DNA from: an uncultured Clostridia bacterium
GTDB taxonomy: Bacteria > Bacillota > Clostridia > Christensenellales > CAG-138
Assembly (NCBI GenBank): GCA_946614035.1
Contig: CAMOGJ010000007.1
Coordinates: forward strand, 1,866-65,865
DNA length: 64,000 bases
Direction: 5' to 3'
Shown here: positions 54,792 through 63,810 of the stretch, one piece after another
How the letters are laid out: each line of letters starts with the position of its first letter
Numbering within the stretch: the first letter of the stretch is position 1
Notes under the pieces: model-generated
Seen by the model: only the letters and a program-made list of their open reading frames with translations
The model's database searches: none
Told to the model about the DNA's origin: nothing
Program-made: the position numbers and the translations under genes

Positions 54792-57167
54792 TTACCAGAG
54801 TTTGATGCCGTCGTGATGCGGCACCTCTTTGATGTGCCAGATCTCGTCCGCATATTGACGGATCGTACGGTCCGACGAGAACTTTCCGGCGCTCGCTGTG
54901 TTGACGATGCACTTTCTCGTGAACGTGCGAATATCCTGATAATCGGTCAGCGCATCCAGCTTGCGGTCGATGTACGGCAGCAGTTCCTGCAGGACGAAAT
55001 AGTAATCCGGCTTCTGCCAGCCGTTGCCGAACAGCAGCGAACGGTGCAGATCGGTGAATACACCGGTGTTGTCGTCCGAGAACGTTCCGTCGATCAGCGT
55101 ATCGACCACGCGGCGCACGCGCGGCTCGTAGTCGTAGATCGCCTTCGGATTGTAGTGCGGACGCAGCGCATTGAGGTCGTCGACCGAATAGCCGAACACG
55201 TAGTTGTTCTCCTCGCCCGCCTCCTGCACGATCTCGATGTTCGCGCCGTCGAAGGTGCCGAGCGTGACCGCACCGTTCAGCATGAGCTTCATGTTGCCGG
55301 TGCCGCTTGCCTCGGTGCCCGCCGGAGAAATCTGCTCGGAAATATCCGCTGCGGGGATGATATGCTCCGCATAGGAACAGTTGTAGTTGTGCACGAACAC
55401 GACGCGCATCTTATCCTGCATGTCGGGATCATTGTTGATCTTCTTCGCGATCTCGTTGATGAACTTGATGATCGCCTTTGCGCGCAGATATCCGGGCGCC
55501 GCCTTTGCGCCGAAGATGAACGCTGTCGGCGTAAAGTTCTTGATTCGTCCGTCCTTAATGCCGAAGTACAGATCGAGGATCGCAAACGCGTTCAGGATCT
55601 GACGCTTGTACTCGTGCATACGCTTGACCTGCACGTCGAAGCAGAACGTTTCGGGCAGATCGACGCCCTCACGCTCGCGGATCAGCTTGCGCAGCTGACG
55701 CTTCTTTTCGCGCTTGACCTCGATGAACGCATCGACGTCCGCGTCGGTCATGTGCTCCTTCAGTCCCTTCAGCTGTTCGAGATCGGTGATCCAGTCGCCA
55801 CCGACGCGTTCGGTGATGTAGCGCGAAAGCTCCGGATTGCAAAGTCCGAGCCAGCGGCGCTGCGTGATGCCGTTCGTCTTGTTCTGGAAGCGTTCCGGAT
55901 AGATCTGATACCAGCAGTGCAGCACATCGTCCTTCAGGATCTGCGTATGGATCTCCGCAACGCCGTTGACGTAGCTCGACGCGTATACCGCAAGATTCGC
56001 CATGCGGATGATGTTGTTCGATACGATCGCGTACGGCTCGCATTCAAGCCCTTTCTGCATGATCTCGCCGCAGAGCTTTGCATTGATGCGATAGATGATG
56101 TCGAAAATTTCCGGCAGCAGATCGCGGAACAGATTGACGTCCCACTTTTCGAGCGCTTCCTGCATGACCGTGTGGTTCGTGTACGAGAAGGTGCGCTGCG
56201 TGATTTCGAACGCCTCGTCGAAGCTCAGCCCTTCGTTCATCAGCAGACGCATGAGCTCCGGAATCGAAACCGTCGGATGCGTGTCGTTGAGCTGAATCGA
56301 CACATAGTCCGCAAACTCGGTAATCGGACGGTTCTCGCGCTTGAATCGGAACAGCAGATCCTGCAGAGATGCGGACGAAAGGAAGTACTGCTGCTTGAGG
56401 CGCAGGCGCTTGCCCGCCGTCGTCGTATCATTCGGATACAGCACGCGCGTGATATCTTCGACCGCGTTCTTTTCGAGCACCGCAACCGCGTACTCCTGGT
56501 TGTTGAACTTCTGGAAATCGAAGTCCTGCACCGCTTCGCTCTGCCACAGGCGCAGCGTGCCGATGTTGTCCGAATGGTAGCCGATGATCGGCATATCGTA
56601 CGGGACGGCGCGCACGGTCTGGTCGGAGAATTTAACGAGCACCTCGTGCGTGTCTCGGCGGCGGCTCCACGGGTCGCCGAAGCGCTGCCAATCGTCCGCG
56701 CTCTCGGTCTGGAAGCCGTTCGTGAACGTCTGTTTGAACAGACCGTACTTGTAGCGGATGCCGTAGCCGTCGAGCGGCAGGTTCATCGTCGCCGCGGAAT
56801 CCAGGAAGCATGCCGCAAGGCGGCCGAGACCGCCGTTGCCGAGTGCCGCGTCCTCGATGTCCTCGAACGCCGCAAAGTCCAGTCCGCGGTTCTCAAATTC
56901 CTTCTTGACCTCGTCAAGGATGCCGAGCGAAAAGAGGTTGTTATACACCATTCTGCCGACCAGATACTCGGCGGAAAAATAATACGTGCTTCTCGTGCGT
57001 TCATGCGCATGGCGGCTTTCGTACCACGGTTCCGCGATCGCGCCCATCACAACCGATGCAAGCGCCGAGTGAAGCTGCTGGACCGTCGCTTCCTTCAGGG
57101 AAACCTGCGCATCCCGCTTCAGTACCAGTTCGATTTGTTGCATGATTTGATTTGTTTCCATAACCAT
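54792..57167 (-). CDS. glgP: Glycogen/alpha-glucan phosphorylase
   Basis: LGNGGLGRLAACF, LNDTHP, YTNHT, QVKRMHEYKRQ, EASGTGNMK (PLP lysine). Confidence 0.96.
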   Translation of the reverse strand: MVMETNQIMQQIELVLKRDAQVSLKEATVQQLHSALASVVMGAIAEPWYESRHAHERTRSTYYFSAEYLVGRMVYNNLFSLGILDEVKKEFENRGLDFAAFEDIEDAALGNGGLGRLAACFLDSAATMNLPLDGYGIRYKYGLFKQTFTNGFQTESADDWQRFGDPWSRRRDTHEVLVKFSDQTVRAVPYDMPIIGYHSDNIGTLRLWQSEAVQDFDFQKFNNQEYAVAVLEKNAVEDITRVLYPNDTTTAGKRLRLKQQYFLSSASLQDLLFRFKRENRPITEFADYVSIQLNDTHPTVSIPELMRLLMNEGLSFDEAFEITQRTFSYTNHTVMQEALEKWDVNLFRDLLPEIFDIIYRINAKLCGEIMQKGLECEPYAIVSNNIIRMANLAVYASSYVNGVAEIHTQILKDDVLHCWYQIYPERFQNKTNGITQRRWLGLCNPELSRYITERVGGDWITDLEQLKGLKEHMTDADVDAFIEVKREKKRQLRKLIREREGVDLPETFCFDVQVKRMHEYKRQILNAFAILDLYFGIKDGRIKNFTPTAFIFGAKAAPGYLRAKAIIKFINEIAKKINNDPDMQDKMRVVFVHNYNCSYAEHIIPAADISEQISPAGTEASGTGNMKLMLNGAVTLGTFDGANIEIVQEAGEENNYVFGYSVDDLNALRPHYNPKAIYDYEPRVRRVVDTLIDGTFSDDNTGVFTDLHRSLLFGNGWQKPDYYFVLQELLPYIDRKLDALTDYQDIRTFTRKCIVNTASAGKFSSDRTIRQYADEIWHIKEVPHHDGIKLW

Positions 57168-57190
57168 TCCTCAATTCAAGAATCATCGGT

Positions 57191-57219
57191 ATTATACCAT
57201 ACTAATTTAAAATATGCAA
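57191..57219 (-). promoter_or_regulatory. glgP sigma-A promoter
   Basis: TTGCAT-N17-(TGG)TATAAT. Confidence 0.7.
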
Positions 57220-57348
57220 AAAATCCGGCGACTTTTTCGCCGGTTTTCTGTAAAAAATGCGTAAACTGTACGGTTTTGTCCGGATCGATCGATTCAAAAT
57301 GCGACAAATTGCTTTGATTCTTCCGAACATGGTCGGACCTCAAGACAG

Positions 57349-57376
57349 AAAAAAGCCCGTGATTTGCTTCACGGGC
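57349..57376 (-). terminator. Terminator after the NlpC/P60 gene
   Basis: GCCCGTGA..TCACGGGC followed by TTTTTT on the minus strand. Confidence 0.75.
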
Positions 57377-57384
57377 CGGAGTCC

Positions 57385-58743
57385 TTAACCCCACGGACGG
57401 CGGGCATTGACGAAGTTGCGTTTCCAGTAAGAGGATACCGCGCGCTTGACGACCTTGCCGTTGGAGCTCGATGCGTCGATCATGGTGTTGCCGCCGATGT
57501 AGATGCCGCAATGGCTGACGCTCGACGAGCTGTCGCTCCGGAAGAACAGGATGTCGCCCTTCTGCACGTCGCTGAAGCTCGAGATGTTCTTCCAGGAGGA
57601 TTTCTTCGAATATCCGGACGCGTTGAGGCGGTTGACATTGACGCCCGCCTGACGCAGGCAGTAGTAGACGAATCCTGAACAGTCGAATGTCTTGGGTCCG
57701 CGGTCGCCGAGCACGTATTCGCAACCGATCTTGGAGTTCGCCGCCTTGATGAACTTCTCGATGCGCGTCTCCTTCTTCGGCGTCGGCGTCGGCTTTGCCG
57801 TCGGTTTGGGCGTCGTCTTGCTGCCGGGCTTTTGTGTCGTCTTTGACGAGGGCTTCGGCGTCGTCTTGGAACTGCTTGACGAGGACGACGAGGAGGATGT
57901 CTCCTTTTCCTCCACCTTCAATTTGGATTCGAGCGTCTTGGATATCTTCGCTTCGTCGCTGTACAGTTTTTCAAGCGTCTTTTCCCCCGCAAGCCCGTCC
58001 GCAGACAAGCCGTTGCGCTTCTGGAATGCTTTGACCGCCTCAACCGTGACCGAGCCGTACACGCGATCCACTTCATTCTCCGAAAGATAACCGAGGTCGA
58101 CCAGCTGCTCCTGCAGCATCTTCACGTCGCGGCCCTCCGCACCCTCCTTCAGCATGTAGCGCTGGGCGCTGTCGCTGTACAGAAGCGACAGCGTTTCCGC
58201 GCCTGCGACGCCGTCCTGCTTGAGGTCGTGCTGCCGCTGAAACAGTTCCACCGCGTATTCGGTGCTGCTGCCGAAGTAATCCGTCGTTTCCTCGATTTCG
58301 AGGTATCCGAGTTCCATGAGCCGGGATTGCAGCGAGGTCACGTCCTCGCCCTTGTCGTGCTTCTTCAGCGTCGCGTACGCTGCCGCATCGCCGCTTTGCG
58401 CGGGCTGTTCGCCGGTTTCGTCGTCATCGTCCGGCTCCTCCAGAAGAACCAGACCGGACAGATCGGGGTCGGTATCTTCACCGCCCGGATCCGCGTTCGT
58501 TCCTTCACCGGTTACGGCGATCGAATCAGGCGCGCGCAAAAGCGCGGGAAGCGGTTCGACGTTCGAGGCCTCTGCGGGCTCAGCCTTTCCGGAACAGGAA
58601 ATGATCCCGATAATCAGCGCAATGATAAACAATAGCAAAGCCGCTCCGATCAGCAGCACGGTCAGGACCGTCCGTTTCTGCTTGACCTTCAGCGACTTCC
58701 AGTTTCGTATGATATACGGAATAGTCAGTCGATTCTTTTCCAT
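57385..58743 (-). CDS. Membrane-anchored peptidoglycan-binding (2x PG_binding_1) NlpC/P60 endopeptidase
   Basis: Two copies of V..LQ..L..LGYL...T..AV..FQ....L..DG.AG..TL; FDCSGFV, GDILFF, SHCGIYIG. Confidence 0.9.
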   Translation of the reverse strand: MEKNRLTIPYIIRNWKSLKVKQKRTVLTVLLIGAALLLFIIALIIGIISCSGKAEPAEASNVEPLPALLRAPDSIAVTGEGTNADPGGEDTDPDLSGLVLLEEPDDDDETGEQPAQSGDAAAYATLKKHDKGEDVTSLQSRLMELGYLEIEETTDYFGSSTEYAVELFQRQHDLKQDGVAGAETLSLLYSDSAQRYMLKEGAEGRDVKMLQEQLVDLGYLSENEVDRVYGSVTVEAVKAFQKRNGLSADGLAGEKTLEKLYSDEAKISKTLESKLKVEEKETSSSSSSSSSSKTTPKPSSKTTQKPGSKTTPKPTAKPTPTPKKETRIEKFIKAANSKIGCEYVLGDRGPKTFDCSGFVYYCLRQAGVNVNRLNASGYSKKSSWKNISSFSDVQKGDILFFRSDSSSSVSHCGIYIGGNTMIDASSSNGKVVKRAVSSYWKRNFVNARRPWG

Positions 58744-58749
58744 ACTGCA

Positions 58750-58778
58750 AGTGTAGCTTCTTTCGACCCGGAACGCAA
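58750..58778 (-). promoter_or_regulatory. Sigma-A promoter, leaderless mRNA
   Basis: TTGCGT-N17-TACACT-N6-ATG; no SD sequence. Confidence 0.55.
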
Positions 58779-58823
58779 GCACAACGCCGCGAAGTTTATC
58801 AAAATTTCATATCTATTTTGCAT

Positions 58824-61376
58824 TTACGGCGCATCCTGACCGATTTGCCCGGATTGTGCCTGCCGTTCATACCAATATGTGACGATCCGTTCGATCGCAA
58901 CCGCGCCGGAACTGCCGGACAGACCGTTCGGAATGAACACGACGATCGCGATCTCCGGGTCCTCGCGCGGGGTGATCGCCGCAAACCAGCAGGTGTTTTC
59001 GATGTCGATGTTGTTCGTCGCCGCTGTTTGCGCCGTGCCCGTCTTGCCGCTGATGCGTTCAAGGTATCCGTTCTGCTCGAACGATTTGGAGAACACCGAA
59101 GAAGCCGTGCCGCCGTCCTCCGGCGAAACGACGCCCTTCATGCCCTCTAAAATCGCATCCCAGAATCCGTCCGGCGCATTGATCGAGTCGAACTGTTCCG
59201 GATGATTCTCGAGGTACAGCGTACCGTCCGCGCGCTCGACGCGCCTCAGCAGTGTCGTTTTGTACGACGTGCCGCGGTTTGCGACGGTCGAGATATATCG
59301 CGCGATCGAGATCGGCGTGACGAGCATAACGCCCTGTCCGATGCCGGTCTGAATCGTGTACGTCGGCTTCCAGCGCAGTTCTTCAAGCCACGTCGAAATC
59401 GAAACGATCCAGCTCGTATGCGCGTAGGAAACGCCGACCGGAATATTCAGCTCCTCCTTGAGGATTTCACGAATTTCGCCGCCGCGCTCGCGCTGCTCGC
59501 CGTCCATCAGCCGCAACAGTCGATCCGCGCAGGAACGCAGCTTTTCGTTCGAAACGTCGTAGCCGTGCTGATCGACGATCGATTTCAACAGGTTATAGAT
59601 GCGGTTATAGATCAGCCGCGGCAGCGCCGACGTCTGCTCCGCAAGCGTCTTTTCGCAGTCATAGCGCGCCTTTTGTCCGCCGATCTGCACACTCAGCTCG
59701 CCGGGCAGCTCCACACCGGTCGTATCCTTCATGCCGAGCCGTCCCGCCCAGTAGTTGAGCCGTTCGATACCGACGCGGTCGGAAACGGTATAGAAGAAAT
59801 AGTTGCACGAAACGGTCAGCGCGCGCGAAAGCGTCAGGTTCGCATGGCTCTGCGGACGCGTCGTCCAACAACTCGGCGCGTTCTGCTCGACCTTTGTGGT
59901 TGGATCGTCGACAAAGTAGTAGTACGGCGAATGGTCGGAAATCGTCTCCGTCGTGGAGAGCTTGCCCTCCATCAGCCCCGCAAAGCCCGTCGCCATCTTG
60001 AACACCGAGCCGGATGCGGTGCGAATGCCGATCGCGCGGTTCAGCGTCGGCTGATTGCTGTCCGGACCGAACAGCAGCGCGTTCTCCGTTTCGTCGATGC
60101 CGTCGGTGAACATGTTCGGATCGTAGTCCGGATAGGACGCCATCGCCAGCAGTTCGCCGGTCTTGACGTTCATTACAATGACCGCGCCGGTCTCTGCGCG
60201 CTTGATCGAATCGGTATGTCCGTTCGTCAGCCGCTCATAGCGCGCGCGATCCTCCGCAATGCGCGCCTCCTGCTTCTGCCGCGTCGCTTCGATGTTCTCC
60301 AAAAGCGCCTGCTCGCAGACCTGCTGCAGATCGATGTCGATCGAAAGCTGCACGTTCATACCGTCCGTCGGCTGTGTCGAATCGAGCACCTCGACGATCG
60401 CGCCGCGGCGGTTTTTCAAGATGGTCGTCGTGCCGAGCCGTCCGTACAGATGCGGAGTCAGGTACGCTTCCATCGTCTTTTCGACGCCGGCGATGCCGAT
60501 GAGATCGCTGTACGAATACCCGAGCGCAAGCATGTTGTCCGTTTCCTTCTGTGCGGGATCGAACGGCCTGAAATCGTCATAGGAATAGCCGATGGAAGTC
60601 ATATCGCGCGTAACCTGCTTGGAAAGGTAGCCGATGATGTGCGACGCGCTGTTGCCGTACGGATAGATGCGGTAGCTGCTCTTTTCGGTCAGAATGCCGG
60701 TCAGCCGCTCGCTCGCCATGTCAAGCTCGGTCACGACCGCAAGCGATACATCGTAGGCGATGCGAACGCCTTCGAAGGCGCGGTAGCTGTTCATGACGGC
60801 TTCCTGACGGATCGACATGATTTTCTTCGCCTCGTCAAACGGCATGTTATCGGGAATGCACCATGATTCGCGCAGAATGAGGTATGCCTCCTCTGCGCTC
60901 AGATCGGGATTTGAAAAGTTGCAGGCGGTTACGAAATTGCGCTTTCTGGCTTCGGCGACCGACTCGCTGTTCGTGCGCCAGTCATAGCGGAACGTACCGT
61001 CCGGGTCCATTGCGATATAGAACGTATCGATGACCGTGCCGCCGCCTTCCTCGATGATGCGGATCGCCTCGATCAGCGAATGCGTATAGCGCGCGCTGTC
61101 GATCGGCGTGCGGTTGCTCGGATCGCGGTAAAAGAGCACGTTGTAGGTTGTCTGATCGTACGCAAGCACCTTGCCGTTGCGGTCGGTGATCGTGCCGCGG
61201 TTGCCGGACTGGTACGTGGTCACCTCGGTCGTCTGCTGCACCGCCGCGGAATATGCTTCGGTCTCGCGGATCGCAAGCTTGTCCAAAAAAATCAACAGCA
61301 CACCGAGCATCACAACAAAGACCCCGATGAGCAAAAAGATGCGCGTATTCAGTTTTCCTTTTTCACCGCGTTTCAT
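58824..61376 (-). CDS. mrdA: Class B penicillin-binding protein 2
   Basis: RGTITDRNG, R.YP, G..GVEK, SVFK (SxxK), SCN (SxN), KTGTAQ; follows mreCD. Confidence 0.88.
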   Translation of the reverse strand: MKRGEKGKLNTRIFLLIGVFVVMLGVLLIFLDKLAIRETEAYSAAVQQTTEVTTYQSGNRGTITDRNGKVLAYDQTTYNVLFYRDPSNRTPIDSARYTHSLIEAIRIIEEGGGTVIDTFYIAMDPDGTFRYDWRTNSESVAEARKRNFVTACNFSNPDLSAEEAYLILRESWCIPDNMPFDEAKKIMSIRQEAVMNSYRAFEGVRIAYDVSLAVVTELDMASERLTGILTEKSSYRIYPYGNSASHIIGYLSKQVTRDMTSIGYSYDDFRPFDPAQKETDNMLALGYSYSDLIGIAGVEKTMEAYLTPHLYGRLGTTTILKNRRGAIVEVLDSTQPTDGMNVQLSIDIDLQQVCEQALLENIEATRQKQEARIAEDRARYERLTNGHTDSIKRAETGAVIVMNVKTGELLAMASYPDYDPNMFTDGIDETENALLFGPDSNQPTLNRAIGIRTASGSVFKMATGFAGLMEGKLSTTETISDHSPYYYFVDDPTTKVEQNAPSCWTTRPQSHANLTLSRALTVSCNYFFYTVSDRVGIERLNYWAGRLGMKDTTGVELPGELSVQIGGQKARYDCEKTLAEQTSALPRLIYNRIYNLLKSIVDQHGYDVSNEKLRSCADRLLRLMDGEQRERGGEIREILKEELNIPVGVSYAHTSWIVSISTWLEELRWKPTYTIQTGIGQGVMLVTPISIARYISTVANRGTSYKTTLLRRVERADGTLYLENHPEQFDSINAPDGFWDAILEGMKGVVSPEDGGTASSVFSKSFEQNGYLERISGKTGTAQTAATNNIDIENTCWFAAITPREDPEIAIVVFIPNGLSGSSGAVAIERIVTYWYERQAQSGQIGQDAP

Positions 61377-61864
61377 CTGCGATCAAACGTCCCTTTCCCC
61401 GCGGGCTTCAGAATTGCCGCAAGCGGGAGCACGAGCAGCGCTTCAAGGATCAGCGAAGGCAGCGTTGCCGTCAGAAGGCGGTTCAGAATCGAGAACCTTG
61501 CGCCGAGAATCAAAGAAAAACCGAGAATCATCGCTTCCGACGCCGTGCACGCAACAAGCGCGAACACGAGCAGCATCAAAAGCTTCGGACGATTTTTGCG
61601 AATAAAGCCGTACAGAATCACGACGGCGACCAGATATGCCGCCGCGGACAGACCGAGATACGGATTGGCAAACAGGTCGGTCAAAAGTCCGCCGATCAGC
61701 GCGATCACGATGCCGTCCTGCACCTTGGTCGAAGCAGCCGCGCCGAGCGCCGCCGCAAGCACAAACAGCGGACGAATGCCGTTGTGCGAAAGGTTCGGCA
61801 GCAGGAAGCTGTCCAAAAGAATCGCGATCGCCGCGACCGGAATCATCACCCAAAGCCGCTTCAT
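61373..61864 (-). CDS. mreD: Rod shape-determining protein MreD
   Basis: Hydrophobic; GIRP...GLLTDL motif; lies between mreC and pbp2. Confidence 0.8.
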   Translation of the reverse strand: MKRLWVMIPVAAIAILLDSFLLPNLSHNGIRPLFVLAAALGAAASTKVQDGIVIALIGGLLTDLFANPYLGLSAAAYLVAVVILYGFIRKNRPKLLMLLVFALVACTASEAMILGFSLILGARFSILNRLLTATLPSLILEALLVLPLAAILKPAGKGTFDRR

Positions 61865-62700
61865 TCGACCGCCTCATCCGTGCCGACGACGACCAGCGCG
61901 TTCTCGAAGTGCAGAAAGTCCACGTCGAGCGACACGATCGCATCGTAATTGCCCTTGCCGTCCTCGTTAACCGAGAGCACCGTTCCGGCATACAGTCCCT
62001 TCGGGAAGAACCCGCCGATGCCGCTTGTCCGGATGACGTCGCCCACTTGAATGTCCGCATTGTTCGGCAGATAATAGAGCTTCAAACCGATCAGGATGCC
62101 GTCCTCCTCGTACAGTCCGCCGAGCATGCCTTCGTCGCGCGTGCGCTGCACCATAACGCTGATGCGCATTTCGTCGTTGCACATCGTCCGCACGCGGCAC
62201 CAGTTGGGACCGACCTCCGACACGCGTCCGACGATGCCGTCCGCGGTCAGAACCGCCATCTTCTCGGTTACGCCGCTGCGCGTACCCGCGTTCAGCATGA
62301 CCGTATCGAGATACGGATTGCTGTCTCTGCCGATCACGGATGCGCTGACGTAGCGCATGTTCGGATTCGCCTGCACGAAGTTTAAGAGCTCCGTCAGGCG
62401 CGCGTTCTCGCGCTCCGTTTCGTCGAGCAGCGCAAGCTGCTGCTGCTGTTCGAGCACCTGCGTCTTCAGGCGATCGTTCTCCGCCTGAACACCGGACGGA
62501 TCAAACACGCGCACGAAGAACGCCTGCACCTGCGTCTGCGCGCGATGCAGCGCTTCGATCACCGGTGCGGACGCGTTGCGGAACAGACCGTCGACCGGCG
62601 CCGTACCGCGGGCGAATGCCGTGAACGCGGCGAGCACGATCAGCAGTACGATCGCGATCCATGCGATCAAAAGGGGTCTGTTCTTCCAAAGCTTGCGCAT
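61861..62700 (-). CDS. mreC: Rod shape-determining protein MreC
   Basis: TM helix, coiled coil ENARL..LL, GIVGRV, TSGIGGFFPKGL. Confidence 0.92.
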   Translation of the reverse strand: MRKLWKNRPLLIAWIAIVLLIVLAAFTAFARGTAPVDGLFRNASAPVIEALHRAQTQVQAFFVRVFDPSGVQAENDRLKTQVLEQQQQLALLDETERENARLTELLNFVQANPNMRYVSASVIGRDSNPYLDTVMLNAGTRSGVTEKMAVLTADGIVGRVSEVGPNWCRVRTMCNDEMRISVMVQRTRDEGMLGGLYEEDGILIGLKLYYLPNNADIQVGDVIRTSGIGGFFPKGLYAGTVLSVNEDGKGNYDAIVSLDVDFLHFENALVVVGTDEAVE

Positions 62701-62780
62701 CTTTGCCTCCGATATACCTATACGGATACAGTATACCACAGCATTCGTGTCCCGAAGGTGAACAATCGGTTAATTCTCGG

Positions 62781-62948
62781 TCAGACGTCGGACAGAAACC
62801 GGTAGAGCGCAAGCAGCAGAGAGACGATGCCGACGATCAGGAACACCCACCACGGCACGCAATAGAACAGCACGGCGAGCACAGCAGCGCCGCACGCAAC
62901 GAGCAGCAGACGACGCGCCCGTTTTTTTCGTTGACAGGAACTGCGCAT
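62781..62948 (-). CDS. Small 55-aa membrane protein (below the ORF-track cutoff)
   Basis: MRSSCQRKKRARRLLLVACGAAVLAVLFYCVPWWVFLIVGIVSLLLALYRFLSDV; strong AGGGAGG RBS. Confidence 0.65.
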   Translation of the reverse strand: MRSSCQRKKRARRLLLVACGAAVLAVLFYCVPWWVFLIVGIVSLLLALYRFLSDV

Positions 62949-63063
62949 AGAAACCTCCCTTCCTTTGCTCTATCATACGCGCTGCATCCGCGATCGGTGA
63001 CGGAACACCGCGAAAGAAATCGGAATACGATACCGTATCAGCAAAATAAGGAGATCGGTGCAA

Positions 63064-63810
63064 ATGCAATCCGAACTGTTGACGCTATCCGACGTTTCGC
63101 TCGCCTATCAGACGGTCGAGGGCGAAACCGTTGCCATACAAGATCTGAATCTGACCGTCCGCGAAGGTGAGTTTTTAGCGATCGTCGGTCCCTCCGGCTG
63201 CGGCAAGACGAGTGTGCTCTCGCTGATCATGGGACTCATCCCGCAAAGCGGCGGTACAGTCCGCGTGCAAAAGCCGGGACTGCGCATGGGATACATGCTG
63301 CAGCGCGACCACCTGCTGGATCACAGAACCGTCGAAAAGAACGTGCTGCTCGGTCTGGAGGTGCAGCACCGGCTGACCGAACAGAGCCGCAAAAACGCGC
63401 TGCAGCTGCTCGATACCTATGGCCTTTCCGAATTCAAAACCTATAAGCCGAACCAGCTGTCCGGCGGGATGCGCCAAAAGGTTGCGCTGATCCGCACGCT
63501 CGCGCTGGAGCCGGACCTTCTGCTGCTCGATGAGCCGTTCTCCGCGCTCGATTATCAGACGCGGCTGAATCTGTCCGACGAGGTCTACCGAATCATCCGA
63601 AGGGAGCACAAAAGCGCGATCCTCGTCACACACGACATTTCGGAGGCGGTTTCGATGGCGGATCGCGTGGCGGTGTTTACCGCGCGTCCCGCAACGTGCA
63701 AGGCGGATATCCCGATCGGCTTTCCCGCGGCGATGCCGCCGCTCGAACGGCGCAGACAGGCGACGTTTCACGATTACTTTGACCGCATATGGGAGGAACT
63801 GCAGGCATGA
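63064..63810 (+). CDS. ABC transporter ATP-binding protein (NitT/TauT family)
   Basis: GPSGCGKT, LSGGMRQ, LLDEPFSALD, VTHD; alternative GTG start at 63058. Confidence 0.92.
   Translation: MQSELLTLSDVSLAYQTVEGETVAIQDLNLTVREGEFLAIVGPSGCGKTSVLSLIMGLIPQSGGTVRVQKPGLRMGYMLQRDHLLDHRTVEKNVLLGLEVQHRLTEQSRKNALQLLDTYGLSEFKTYKPNQLSGGMRQKVALIRTLALEPDLLLLDEPFSALDYQTRLNLSDEVYRIIRREHKSAILVTHDISEAVSMADRVAVFTARPATCKADIPIGFPAAMPPLERRRQATFHDYFDRIWEELQA

Noticed and set aside
57220-57345. Hairpins in the glgP upstream region as a possible riboswitch or sRNA
   Set aside because: They lie upstream of the predicted glgP promoter and match no riboswitch consensus I recognise. CCGGCGA/TCGCCGG is more simply a second terminator.
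62770-63069. 99-aa minus-strand ORF from the track
   Set aside because: It has no RBS or motif. The overlapping 55-aa ORF in another frame (62781..62948) has a strong RBS and a coherent membrane-protein composition.
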